A stretch of 64,000 bases of DNA from a virus: positions 9,052 through 73,051 of IMG/VR virus record IMGVR_UViG_3300029448_000014, one strand, 5' to 3'. Numbering within the stretch: position 1 is the stretch's first letter; every line of letters starts with the position of its first letter. The notes beneath the pieces are model-generated. The model was not told the DNA's origin. It ran no database searches and worked only from the letters and a program-made list of their open reading frames with translations. This document shows, one piece after another, positions 47,215 through 56,568 of this stretch. The position numbers and the translations under genes are program-made.

Positions 47215-49467
47215 ATGTCTAACAATAATGCTCAGTTTCAGGAGATTTTGAATGCAGCAAAAGAGAAACGTGGTGATTTACCAGTAGACACAATGATTGT
47301 GTCATCACATCTTGCGCAAATGCGTTTGTTCATTCTTCGTCGAGGCGTAGAGTTTTTCTGTGATCAAGATACATATGGTGATCGACGAGAATTCTTAAGT
47401 AAGGTTTATGAGAGCAATATGCTCGAAATGAAGCTTGATAGCATCATTGATTATTTCTTGTGTGATGGTCAAGGTCTATTTTATTTCAGACCTTCAGGAG
47501 ATACATATCAACTTTTATATTTTCCAAAGGATAGTTACAGGTGTTATCGCGATCAAGTTAATGATATTGAACATGTCGAGCTTATCTATACCTTTGCTGT
47601 AAAAGAGCCAAGCATGATGGACGCATATGCCACGCCTGGCCAGCGCGGCGGAAGAAAAAAATATATCAAGCTTAAGGTCTATAAAGATCGAATTGAACAA
47701 ACTATCTCAAATGAAAAGATAGAGTTTGAGAATTCTGGTGGTGCAATGATGATGCAGCAGCCAGGTCAAACCGAGACACTTAGTAATAGCCTTGGATTTA
47801 TCCCTGCCGTTGAAGTATTTAACCATTTGGATTGTACAGGCGAATCCACAGGTACAGGTGAGTTCGATTGGATGTCTAATCAAATCTTGTTCCACGACGA
47901 GCTAGTACGAAATGTGCGTAAGAACATGAAGTTCTTCGGCAACCCCACATTGGTATCTAGCCGGCCACGACACGACATTCTTGAGAGTGGCGATGAAGGT
48001 GCAATGCGACCAACCATCAGCTCACAAGCTGGATTTTACGCGATGGATAGGCCTAGCACTCGCACTAGTCAACCAGGTTTCAGTGCAGGTGCTGATGGAC
48101 AAATCAAAGTGCCAAGGGTGATTGCAAATCTTGAGCCAACTGACCGTGTCTCATACATGACACCTGATGCAGTCAGTGGTGATCAGAACATGTACGTTAA
48201 ACAGTACAGGTCTGAAATTCGTTTAGCACTCGGTGGAGTTGATGACCTTGACTTCAATATGGCATCTTCTGCTTATGAAATGAAGTCTTTATACGGTAGA
48301 TGCGCAGCTACTGCAGAGAAGAAAGCGAAAGCACTTTTTGAGTTTGGACTGTGTAAGTTGTTTGCATTAATGATTCAGCATGAAGAATACCTGTTTGAAC
48401 AGTCATTTGCTACAGCAATGGGGCTAGTGAATCCAGAACCACCCCTAGAAGAACAGTTCGAAAGTACTGAAGACTTTGAACAGGCACTACTTGCTTATCA
48501 ACAGGAACAGAAAAATTTCTTAGATACAAGAGCTCAATTGTTTTCTGCTAGTATTGAGTCAGGTAATATACCTAATGGGGTTATTGGACTAATCCCAGAT
48601 GGCAGTAGCAAAGTTAATTGGCGCTGGACCGGAGAAATTTTCGAAGAGGATTCCCAAGGCATTCTAAATAACAGTATTGTCGTAAGGAACCTACAAGAAT
48701 TAGGTGTTGATTCTATTGAGGCACTTAAGTATCTCTTCCCCAGTAAAACTGATGAAGAACGCGCTGCTATGTTAACTGGATATCCATTTAGGATGGTTCA
48801 GCAGTCACAACAAGCTTTCAATACATTCATACAGATGCTTGGTCAGTTGTATCAATTGCCGCATCCACAAATGCCCAATCAGCCATTAGCAGCTGACCCG
48901 AATCTTGATATCACAGGGTTCCTATATAGATCACTAGAGTTTTTACGTAAGGAGTTAAGTTACAGTGGAAAGTACAAGTCCGATGATGGCGAGCAACGCC
49001 CCAACAAGCTCAGCGACGCCGACCGTAAGCGCGCCAAGCTTGGCCTCCCAACCAGGGATGAGCGCCCCGTCCAGTTACCAGGCAGCACCCCAGGTAACAC
49101 CCCAGGCACCAACGGGTTACCAGCCAATGGCGGCCCAGCAGGCTTCGGCGGCCCCGGCAGCAGCAGCCAATCCTTGGCAGGAAGCGTTCCAGGCACTGAG
49201 CGCAAGCCTGAATACGCCTCAAGCATCCCCGGCCCCGGCGTCGTACTCGGCGTATCAAACACCGACAGCACAGAGCAATACCCAGGCCAGTTGGGGCTAT
49301 CAACCCCAGCAGGAATTGGTAAGTCAGGCTCAGCAGACCTACGCTCCGCAAGCTTCAACCCAGGGTTATTCGGCCCAGGAGCTCAGCCAAATCCAGCAGC
49401 TGGTCAGCCAGCAACAACAGGCAGCGCAGGCTCAGTATCTAAGCCAAGGCGCAAGCGATCCAAGTGA
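47215..49467 (+). CDS. portal protein with long low-complexity C-terminal extension
   Basis: Size and position after terL; NSLGFIPAVEVFN..G.GEFD and FFGNPTLV are SPP1-like portal patterns. Confidence 0.75.
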   Translation: MSNNNAQFQEILNAAKEKRGDLPVDTMIVSSHLAQMRLFILRRGVEFFCDQDTYGDRREFLSKVYESNMLEMKLDSIIDYFLCDGQGLFYFRPSGDTYQLLYFPKDSYRCYRDQVNDIEHVELIYTFAVKEPSMMDAYATPGQRGGRKKYIKLKVYKDRIEQTISNEKIEFENSGGAMMMQQPGQTETLSNSLGFIPAVEVFNHLDCTGESTGTGEFDWMSNQILFHDELVRNVRKNMKFFGNPTLVSSRPRHDILESGDEGAMRPTISSQAGFYAMDRPSTRTSQPGFSAGADGQIKVPRVIANLEPTDRVSYMTPDAVSGDQNMYVKQYRSEIRLALGGVDDLDFNMASSAYEMKSLYGRCAATAEKKAKALFEFGLCKLFALMIQHEEYLFEQSFATAMGLVNPEPPLEEQFESTEDFEQALLAYQQEQKNFLDTRAQLFSASIESGNIPNGVIGLIPDGSSKVNWRWTGEIFEEDSQGILNNSIVVRNLQELGVDSIEALKYLFPSKTDEERAAMLTGYPFRMVQQSQQAFNTFIQMLGQLYQLPHPQMPNQPLAADPNLDITGFLYRSLEFLRKELSYSGKYKSDDGEQRPNKLSDADRKRAKLGLPTRDERPVQLPGSTPGNTPGTNGLPANGGPAGFGGPGSSSQSLAGSVPGTERKPEYASSIPGPGVVLGVSNTDSTEQYPGQLGLSTPAGIGKSGSADLRSASFNPGLFGPGAQPNPAAGQPATTGSAGSVSKPRRKRSK

Positions 49468-49999
49468 TTCTTACCTCAGTCAGATTTCTGACGTAAGTCT
49501 TGAAGTACTTGAGCACTTTGGGTCCGAAGCACCAGCTCTACTCAATAACTATGCCTGTGCTGTAGAAGATGCACTAATTGAACAGGTTGGCCGTAACGGC
49601 ACAATGAACCTGATGCTTGATGCAGCTTCAGAAGAACGTGCAGCAATGAATATCATGCTGACCAATCCTGATGTTTTGTCTGATTACGTCAATGGCTTCT
49701 TTGGTCAAGAAGGTCCTTATCCAGTTCCGACTGCTGCTGAAACAGCCGCAATTAACGAGCAACAGGCACGTGAACAGTTTGCACAAGAAATTGCTCAACA
49801 GGAAGAGCGTGGAGTTCCTACAAACTTCCAACGCCCTGTAATGGATATGCCTACACCAGGTCGTCAACAAAGCGCATCCACCTCCTTCTGGGGTGACTTC
49901 AGCGCTCTGATGGATAACAACCCTGAAAACGCATGGCAGTACCTTTCCGGTGCACCTGCTCAGGCTTTCCAAAGCAAAATGCTTGTCCAAGACTACTGA
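48965..49999 (+). CDS. putative capsid scaffolding protein
   Basis: Q/A/P-rich N-terminus, acidic helical C-terminus; AAGGAG 10 nt before the GTG; terminator-like hairpin follows. Confidence 0.65.
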   Translation: MESTSPMMASNAPTSSATPTVSAPSLASQPGMSAPSSYQAAPQVTPQAPTGYQPMAAQQASAAPAAAANPWQEAFQALSASLNTPQASPAPASYSAYQTPTAQSNTQASWGYQPQQELVSQAQQTYAPQASTQGYSAQELSQIQQLVSQQQQAAQAQYLSQGASDPSDSYLSQISDVSLEVLEHFGSEAPALLNNYACAVEDALIEQVGRNGTMNLMLDAASEERAAMNIMLTNPDVLSDYVNGFFGQEGPYPVPTAAETAAINEQQAREQFAQEIAQQEERGVPTNFQRPVMDMPTPGRQQSASTSFWGDFSALMDNNPENAWQYLSGAPAQAFQSKMLVQDY

Positions 50000-50010
50000 T
50001 AAATAACTGT

Positions 50011-50043
50011 AGGGGGGTTACTTAAAGTAGTCCCCTTTCCTTT
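50011..50043 (+). terminator. putative intrinsic terminator
   Basis: AGGGG..TTAC/GTAG..CCCCT stem followed by a T-rich tail. Confidence 0.5.
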
Positions 50044-50106
50044 AATAAGACAAATCCTTATTTAAAGATATGTTATTACAATAGAACTATAGATTGTTGA
50101 TTAAAA

Positions 50107-50598
50107 ATGGCACAACGTATTTCTCAATTACCAAGTGAAGCTATTCCTTTTGCACAGGAAGCTCTGCCTTATTCCTCAGTAGCACAAGGCATTGGTGCAA
50201 TGACTTTGCCTAATGTAGGTATGAAGAATATTCAAGACGGTGGAGCCTATACAAAGTTGCAAGTTAACCCTCAAGGTCAACGTATGCAACAGCAGCAAAT
50301 GCAAGAAGTACAGCAGAATGCCCTTGCACAACAAGGACAGATGGCAGCAGCGGCATCAGGTCTAGTAGATAAAGCGTTACTAGAGCAAAGTAATGCAGAT
50401 TATAAAGCTCAGATTGGAATGAACAGCTATATTGCAAACATTATGGATTTAACTGATAGTGGTATGGCAACAAGAGAAATGGGTAATCCCGTGTTGTTTG
50501 ACAAACGTATGAATGATATTGCTGTTAATCGTGCAATAGCTTCAATGCAAGCGGCAGAACTTGGACAACTTCAAGCAGAGGCTGGACGCTACAGTTAA
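50107..50598 (+). CDS. Gln-rich hypothetical virion protein
   Basis: 163 aa ORF, TACAAT 30 nt upstream. Confidence 0.7.
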   Translation: MAQRISQLPSEAIPFAQEALPYSSVAQGIGAMTLPNVGMKNIQDGGAYTKLQVNPQGQRMQQQQMQEVQQNALAQQGQMAAAASGLVDKALLEQSNADYKAQIGMNSYIANIMDLTDSGMATREMGNPVLFDKRMNDIAVNRAIASMQAAELGQLQAEAGRYS

Positions 50599-50643
50599 AG
50601 AATTTATTAGAATATACAGATAGGTGTATAGACGGTAAAACTT

Positions 50644-50934
50644 GTGCGATTAGCTGGTCAAAATGCAGATGCAAATCCAGAAGTATTCCAAACTATATGG
50701 AAGCATCTGAGGACTGATGGTGTGCCTGATCAGGCTGCTAATCAGATGACAGCTGAGATGCTGACACATGGAGAAGACTTTGAGAGCTCAGTAGAGAAGT
50801 ATCAACAATACGAAGACAACTATAAGTCAAAAGGTTTTAACGAGCATGCTGCACAAGCAATGGCCGTTGAAGCATTAGAGGGAAGAGAAGAGGCACCTTC
50901 AGAATCAATTAGGTTTGCAAGGATTAATTTTTAG
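50644..50934 (+). CDS. hypothetical protein (N-terminal RLAG, internal duplication)
   Basis: DGVPDQAANQMTAEML / KGFNEHAAQAMAVEAL. Confidence 0.7.
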   Translation: MRLAGQNADANPEVFQTIWKHLRTDGVPDQAANQMTAEMLTHGEDFESSVEKYQQYEDNYKSKGFNEHAAQAMAVEALEGREEAPSESIRFARINF

Positions 50935-50936
50935 TG

Positions 50937-50966
50937 TTGACAATAGTAAGAATTAGGGGCTATAGT
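50937..50966 (+). promoter_or_regulatory. sigma70-type promoter of the phage sigma-factor gene
   Basis: TTGACA-N18-TATAGT. Confidence 0.7.
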
Positions 50967-50989
50967 TAGTACATAGGCGAGTCATTTAT

Positions 50990-51931
50990 ATGTCAAACAT
51001 AAAACTATCAGGGGACTCAGTTCGTTCATACTTGCGTGATATTGGGCGGATTCCACTGCTAGAGCATGAAGAAGAAATCTTGCTAGGACGCAAGGTCCAA
51101 CGACTGATGGAGATAAAAGAGATTGAAAAAGAAATGGTGATTAAGGATCAAGATGATTTGGCTAGGATCCTTGGTATTGGCAATAAGGAACTGAAACGTC
51201 AACTGAGAGAGGGTGAAAAGGCAAAAGAAAAAATGGTGACTGCAAACCTAAGGTTGGTTGTCAGTGTTGCCAAGAAATATACCAAACGCAATATGGAGCT
51301 ATTAGACATAATTCAGGAAGGGACAATTGGCCTCGTTCGTGGGGTTGAGAAATTTGATCCTGGTCGTGGCTATAAATTCAGCACTTATGCTTACTGGTGG
51401 ATTCGACAAGGAATTACAAGAGCTATTGCAGAAAAATCACGAGCTATACGGTTGCCAATTCATGTAACAGAGAACCTCAATAAACTCAAGAAAGCTCAGC
51501 GTGAATTAAGTCAAATTAATGGAGAAATGCCAACGGTTTATCAAGTTGCTGAGTACCTCGACTATTCAGTTGATGAGATCAAAGATCTTATGTGTAAGGC
51601 ACGTCAACCTACGTCACTTGAAATTAAAATTGGTGAAAACCGAGATACAGCATTAATTGATCTGCTTGAAGATGAGACGCAGCTACCGGAGATGTTGATG
51701 GAGCGCCAAGCGATCAAAGAGGATATGAGAGCAGTAATTTCCGAATTACCTGAAATGCAAGCTGCCGTTATCAGGATGAGATACGGTATCGGGGAGGAAG
51801 TGTTTGAGCCAATGTCAATGACTGCAATTGGCCAAGTGCTTAATATGAGCCGTGACCGGGTGCGGACTCTAGAAAATAAAGCTCTTAAATTTATACGTGA
51901 GTGTCCTGATACGTTAATTGCACATCTTTAA
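50990..51931 (+). CDS. rpoD: RNA polymerase sigma-70 factor, RpoD/group 2-like
   Basis: DSVRSYLRDIGRIPLL, ANLRLVVSVAKKY, DIIQEGTIGL, GYKFSTYAYWWIRQGITRAIA, region 4 SRDRVRTLE; no region 1.1. Confidence 0.95.
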   Translation: MSNIKLSGDSVRSYLRDIGRIPLLEHEEEILLGRKVQRLMEIKEIEKEMVIKDQDDLARILGIGNKELKRQLREGEKAKEKMVTANLRLVVSVAKKYTKRNMELLDIIQEGTIGLVRGVEKFDPGRGYKFSTYAYWWIRQGITRAIAEKSRAIRLPIHVTENLNKLKKAQRELSQINGEMPTVYQVAEYLDYSVDEIKDLMCKARQPTSLEIKIGENRDTALIDLLEDETQLPEMLMERQAIKEDMRAVISELPEMQAAVIRMRYGIGEEVFEPMSMTAIGQVLNMSRDRVRTLENKALKFIRECPDTLIAHL

Positions 51932-51960
51932 TACAATAGAAAAAACAGCATATATGGCAA

Positions 51961-52653
51961 ATGAATGTCACCAAAGAGATAAACAATAATTATATTGTTT
52001 ATGGTGCAAGTGAGTACACTGCAAGCAAGGGACTTTCGGCCAGTAAACAGCTTAACTACGCCGCTGGTCCATCACTTACTAATCCTGAAAAACAGACGGT
52101 AAGTGTTATTCCGCATACGTTTAAGTATAAGGATAGTGTTGGCTTGATGGGGGCTGAAAACTATTTTACGAAGGTAATCCTTACTATTGCCGGTGATATT
52201 GTCAGATCTTGCTTTGAAGAAGAATATTGGTCATGTGCCAAAATAACACCTGGAAGTGATGCATTAGATCCAAACTATAGTGGTGGAATTGTTGATTTCG
52301 GTAGTTTTGCAACTGTAAATACTTACGTTGAAGCTGTTGCCGCTGAGGACAGTTTACCTTTTCTGCCAGGAGCAAGAGGGTTTCTTAGTGTTGATCTAAG
52401 CAACCTTAAGACTGGTAATGCATATGTAGATAAAGATCTAGATGTTCGTTTATACACAATGGATAGGGAAGAACATCCATTTGACAAAATGTATTTACAA
52501 GCCAATGATTATTTTTACATTGGCTTTCATGCACGAAATACTAAAAGGATAAATTATGACATTGAATGCACGATTGGGACTGAACTCAGAAGCTATGATT
52601 CGATCGCGGATAAAACACTAATTATGAGGAAGATAAACTCAGGCTGTTATTAG
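51961..52653 (+). CDS. hypothetical (structural?) protein
   Basis: 230 aa ORF, TACAAT 29 nt upstream. Confidence 0.7.
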   Translation: MNVTKEINNNYIVYGASEYTASKGLSASKQLNYAAGPSLTNPEKQTVSVIPHTFKYKDSVGLMGAENYFTKVILTIAGDIVRSCFEEEYWSCAKITPGSDALDPNYSGGIVDFGSFATVNTYVEAVAAEDSLPFLPGARGFLSVDLSNLKTGNAYVDKDLDVRLYTMDREEHPFDKMYLQANDYFYIGFHARNTKRINYDIECTIGTELRSYDSIADKTLIMRKINSGCY

Positions 52654-53336
52654 TCACTGTCTTCGTCGATCTCTACTGCTACTACACGGTATCCAGAAGG
52701 TGAAGCGTCACTCTCAGATATATCGTCAGATGAGATAGTACAGGTCACACCAACGCTTGATGAACCAAGTACAACTTCCACTGTTTTGTTAGTGGTTTTT
52801 CCAGAAAAAGTGGCATTGCCAGTAAGAGTCCATTGATAGGTTAATTGTGATGCATTACCATCATTTGAAGCAGTAAAGGTACAAACATCACCTTCCTTAC
52901 CTGAGGAAGGACCACTTACATTAACTACACCAATTGACTTTGTTGTTGGACGAACTGCTGCAGTTGGTGGAGTTACAGTCATAATTTTTCCGCCACTAAT
53001 TTTGGGAAATACATAATGCTCAATGATCTGCTTATCTTCTGTAAACAGGGCTGCTCTAGCTACGCCATTACAGATATAGAAGTTAAAGTTAAAATTTCCG
53101 TCATGATCGATACGAATAGTTGACAGAGAACTTGCATCAATTGCTAACAGTACCGAATTTCCATCAACAGTAACTTTAAAAAGTGCGCAAGATGCATATT
53201 GAACACTACCCGCATTGACAGCCCACCACTTTTTAATAGGAAACTCAGTCCCACTCCTTGGACGTTGCAGCTTCATTTCTGTACCAGTATGCTTTTTAAC
53301 TTCTTTAAAGCCTTTAAGCACAAGACTATCAGCCAT
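52650..53336 (-). CDS. structural protein with C-terminal Ig/PKD-like domain
   Basis: IGVVNVSGPSS..TFTAS..LTYQWT..GVTCTISS. Confidence 0.7.
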   Translation of the reverse strand: MADSLVLKGFKEVKKHTGTEMKLQRPRSGTEFPIKKWWAVNAGSVQYASCALFKVTVDGNSVLLAIDASSLSTIRIDHDGNFNFNFYICNGVARAALFTEDKQIIEHYVFPKISGGKIMTVTPPTAAVRPTTKSIGVVNVSGPSSGKEGDVCTFTASNDGNASQLTYQWTLTGNATFSGKTTNKTVEVVLGSSSVGVTCTISSDDISESDASPSGYRVVAVEIDEDSD

Positions 53337-53341
53337 CAGAT

Positions 53342-53713
53342 TTACATATAACTTTCTTCTATTTTAGTCCATTTAAGATTGTCTATAGTGTTATTTAATT
53401 TATCACCATCAATATGCTTAATTCTGCTGCTTGTCCTATATTTACCGAGAGGTGTTGGTGGTGATTCAAGAAATGCCAAGGCGACTAACTTATGAACCGC
53501 AACTGTTATTGTTTGTTTGCGTCCTATACGTTGAGTTAGATTGACTTGTGAATAACCATTCTTATTTCTTCGAGCTTTAAGGATACGTTCAACAATTCCC
53601 TTGGTACTTTTGACTTCTCCTAAACAGTTCACATAGTACTCAATACAACACTCAAAGCCTGGCAGTAAATGTATCGGCTTCCAAACACTGTCATCTATAA
53701 ATTCCATTACCAT
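53342..53713 (-). CDS. NUMOD4-HNH homing endonuclease-like protein, C-terminally short
   Basis: WKPI..YYVN..GEVKS..GYSQVNL..VHKLVALAFL..HIDGDKLNNTIDNLKWT. Confidence 0.8.
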   Translation of the reverse strand: MVMEFIDDSVWKPIHLLPGFECCIEYYVNCLGEVKSTKGIVERILKARRNKNGYSQVNLTQRIGRKQTITVAVHKLVALAFLESPPTPLGKYRTSSRIKHIDGDKLNNTIDNLKWTKIEESYM

Positions 53714-53819
53714 AATATTTTGGGGTTCTATTAATAAATACTAGCAATTATTATTAATATCTAATTATGTGGCTAAGTCGAAGTCACTTATATAACTATT
53801 AGTTTGGAGTTACGATCCT

Positions 53820-54968
53820 ATGTGGATTGATAATGACTTTCCCAAACTTCTTGGTGCAGAACTTTACCGTCCTCATCCTGCTTACATCATTGAGATGGCA
53901 GTTGAGCCAGTAGTCGTACACGATTTCTCAAAGCAGCCCGGCCAGACCGTTCAGCTTGATCGTTACCGCTTCTGGGGTAAGCCTGGCACTAAGGAGTCCC
54001 GTGAGCGCACAGCCGACCAAACCCTCGGTACCGCTTCCGCCCGCAATATTGTCAAGGACAAAGTGCTTGTCACTCTGCGTGAATACACCGGCCCCGCCGA
54101 TACTCGCGACAGCGCACAGCCTTCTACTTTCAAGGTTGCTCGTGAAACCCTGATCACTGCTCAGCGTCTTCTACTTGACACTGGCAATCTCAACGTCTTC
54201 CACCAGTCGATTGGAAGCTTGACCCTTTTGGATGATTACCGCCGCTGGCGCGATCGCGTCTTCGCGAACGAACTGCTTAAAGCAGAAGCTGCCGGTCAAG
54301 CATCTAAAGAACAAGGCGGCTACTACCTTCCCGGTGGTAAAGCCAAAGGTGGTTCAGGTGGCACCCTAGGTGTTACTTACGCTGCTGGCGAATCTGCCAA
54401 GTTTGACATCACAACTGACCTTCTTGAAGTTGTAAAGGACATGCGTAAGCGCAACGTCCCAACCTTCTCAGATGGTTACTACCGCTGCATCGTGGACCCC
54501 ACGGCAATGATGCACTTGCGCCAGAACAACGACTTCCGCGAGATTGCTCGTTATCCCGGCACAGGCATGATCAACCCCATGCAGCCAAACCAGGCACCCA
54601 ACGCTAATTTCTACCAAGGAATGGGTCCTGCTTATGGACAAGCCGGCTTTGTTGCTGGTCAGCCCGTAATGCCAACTGGCTTCCTCTTCGAGGGCGTCCG
54701 CTGGTTCGAGTCCACCAACCTGCCTGAAACTTCATACAACCTTATTGTTACTGACCAAGCCAGTGGCGCAGCTGATTACAGCGCTAGCCAGCTGATCTTC
54801 TTCGGTCCTCAAGCTGTAGGCGTTGGCATCGGTGGTAATAACGCTCAGATTCTTCTCAACAACAATGATGATTTCTCACGTTTCATCATTATGATTTGGA
54901 GTCTGTTCGCCGGTTTTGAAACCCTGAATAAGGATTTCATCACGGTTGGTTACTCTTTCGTATATTGA
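53820..54968 (+). CDS. major capsid protein
   Basis: 382 aa, strong codon bias, PGQTVQLDRY..., YRCIVDP, GFLFEGVRWFESTNLP HK97-like patterns. Confidence 0.85.
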   Translation: MWIDNDFPKLLGAELYRPHPAYIIEMAVEPVVVHDFSKQPGQTVQLDRYRFWGKPGTKESRERTADQTLGTASARNIVKDKVLVTLREYTGPADTRDSAQPSTFKVARETLITAQRLLLDTGNLNVFHQSIGSLTLLDDYRRWRDRVFANELLKAEAAGQASKEQGGYYLPGGKAKGGSGGTLGVTYAAGESAKFDITTDLLEVVKDMRKRNVPTFSDGYYRCIVDPTAMMHLRQNNDFREIARYPGTGMINPMQPNQAPNANFYQGMGPAYGQAGFVAGQPVMPTGFLFEGVRWFESTNLPETSYNLIVTDQASGAADYSASQLIFFGPQAVGVGIGGNNAQILLNNNDDFSRFIIMIWSLFAGFETLNKDFITVGYSFVY

Positions 54969-54984
54969 TAGGAGCTAACTAATC

Positions 54985-55629
54985 ATGACTGTAATTTTTC
55001 CAGGTAACTATGTCACACAACTGAACGCATATCGCGATCAGGGTGTTGTGGCCCTCCCCGGTGTTGAGTTCTACCGTCTCGTCGGTGCACTTGTACTTAA
55101 CCCTGACACTGATAGTGTCACAACAACTGCTGGTGTTCTGAATGCTGGTGATTACCAGCCTCAGATCCTGTCTCCAGACCTTCGTCAGGATGACAAGCCA
55201 CGCTTGGATAAGCTTATGACTATCCCTGCAAATGCCGTTGTTTATCGCACATCTGTTTCTGCACCTGGTGTTAAAGCTAATGCTTCTGCAGACACTATCA
55301 AGATCAAAGCTCTTGGTGCGAATGCTCCAGGTAACACAGGTAGTGAAACTACACTGACTGCTGGTTCTGACAAGTTCTTCCCTGCAAACGGTGTATCTTC
55401 CGTACTAACCAGTATTATTGACGGAACAGCAATCAGCACATCCGCTGTAACCAACGTTGAAGTCACTACATCAGCTGCATTTACTGCAGAACTGAAGGAC
55501 TCAGCAGGTGCAGGACGTAACGCTCCTTCAGCAATCATTGTTGAAGTTTGCTACTACATCCCTGCTCCAGCTCCTGGCTACGACGATGTCAGCATTCCAT
55601 ATGCAATTGAAGCTGGTCAAGGTACTTGA
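54985..55629 (+). CDS. putative capsid decoration or other major structural protein
   Basis: Follows the MCP; AGGAG RBS; T/A-rich; followed by a terminator. Confidence 0.65.
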   Translation: MTVIFPGNYVTQLNAYRDQGVVALPGVEFYRLVGALVLNPDTDSVTTTAGVLNAGDYQPQILSPDLRQDDKPRLDKLMTIPANAVVYRTSVSAPGVKANASADTIKIKALGANAPGNTGSETTLTAGSDKFFPANGVSSVLTSIIDGTAISTSAVTNVEVTTSAAFTAELKDSAGAGRNAPSAIIVEVCYYIPAPAPGYDDVSIPYAIEAGQGT

Positions 55630-55650
55630 TCTCTTTAATTATCTAATCTC

Positions 55651-55677
55651 AAGAGGTCCTAAGGGGCCTCTTTTTTT
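55651..55677 (+). terminator. intrinsic terminator
   Basis: AAGAGGTCC-TAAG-GGGCCTCTT plus T-run. Confidence 0.8.
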
Positions 55678-55711
55678 GTGCCTATAATAATGAAGTGTAG
55701 TAAGTATAGTA

Positions 55712-56143
55712 ATGAGTAACTTATTTCAAGATCAAAAAACAGGAAAGCTTGTCGAATTTATCAATAAGCACGATAAAGAATTTGCGATGGTTCGTGATGC
55801 CGGAGGGCAGATCACTTACGTTAATTTAGAGCAACTAGTACCCTACGATCGCGACAAAGGGCGCTTAGCAAAAATTGCCGCTCCGCAAATAGCATTAGAG
55901 CCAGAAGAGCAACTACCATCAACTGTAGTTCCTATTGAAGATGCACGTCTAAATCTCAATACCGCGCCTGCTGAACAAATTGCCAAACGCCTTCCTGGTG
56001 TTGGCTATGCAACAGCAAAAAGGATTGTAGAACTTCGAATGTCGTTAAGTGGTGAACGGTTTGCCAACTTAAAGCAGTTAGAAAATATTCCACGTGTTAA
56101 CTGGGAACAACTCATTGAAGAGGACTTAATTTTTATTAGCTAA
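55712..56143 (+). CDS. helix-hairpin-helix (ComEA-like) DNA-binding protein
   Basis: LNLNTAPAEQIAKRLPGVGYATAKRIV..F..LKQLENIPRV. Confidence 0.8.
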   Translation: MSNLFQDQKTGKLVEFINKHDKEFAMVRDAGGQITYVNLEQLVPYDRDKGRLAKIAAPQIALEPEEQLPSTVVPIEDARLNLNTAPAEQIAKRLPGVGYATAKRIVELRMSLSGERFANLKQLENIPRVNWEQLIEEDLIFIS

Positions 56144-56163
56144 AATATAAGTAAATAGTTTAA

Positions 56164-56568
56164 ATGATAATGGACCCACGTATTGAACAAGTGCTTTTAG
56201 CTCAAGCTGCAAAAGAAGCAGAAGAGGGTCCAGGCCTTAATGAGGCGATCGCATTAGGCGCTGGTGGAGGTGCAGCAATAGGTGCATTGGGTGGATCAGT
56301 ACCACATGCTTTAGGCAAGGGCATAGGCCACCTGCGTGGTACTAATCAATTCATGAAGCCTGGCCTACGAATGGCGGGAAGTCTTGTTGGAACACTTCTC
56401 GGCGGAGGATTAGGTGCTGCAGCACAAGCTCAAGCAATAAGCGAAGCAGGACCTGCTGGTGCATTGCTCGCCAAAATTCAATCACAAGGTGGCTTAATGC
56501 CAGGCGACGAGGCAAGACTAGAGGCCGTTCTGCGTGACGCTTATTCACAACAGGGGTTAATTGGCTGA
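56164..56568 (+). CDS. glycine-zipper putative virion protein (RMAG motif)
   Basis: GAGGGAAIGALGG, GTLLGGGLG. Confidence 0.7.
   Translation: MIMDPRIEQVLLAQAAKEAEEGPGLNEAIALGAGGGAAIGALGGSVPHALGKGIGHLRGTNQFMKPGLRMAGSLVGTLLGGGLGAAAQAQAISEAGPAGALLAKIQSQGGLMPGDEARLEAVLRDAYSQQGLIG

Noticed and set aside
48960-49358. Antisense ORFs over the portal/scaffold overlap
   Set aside because: Explained by GC-rich, stop-poor dual coding; no RBS or recognisable product
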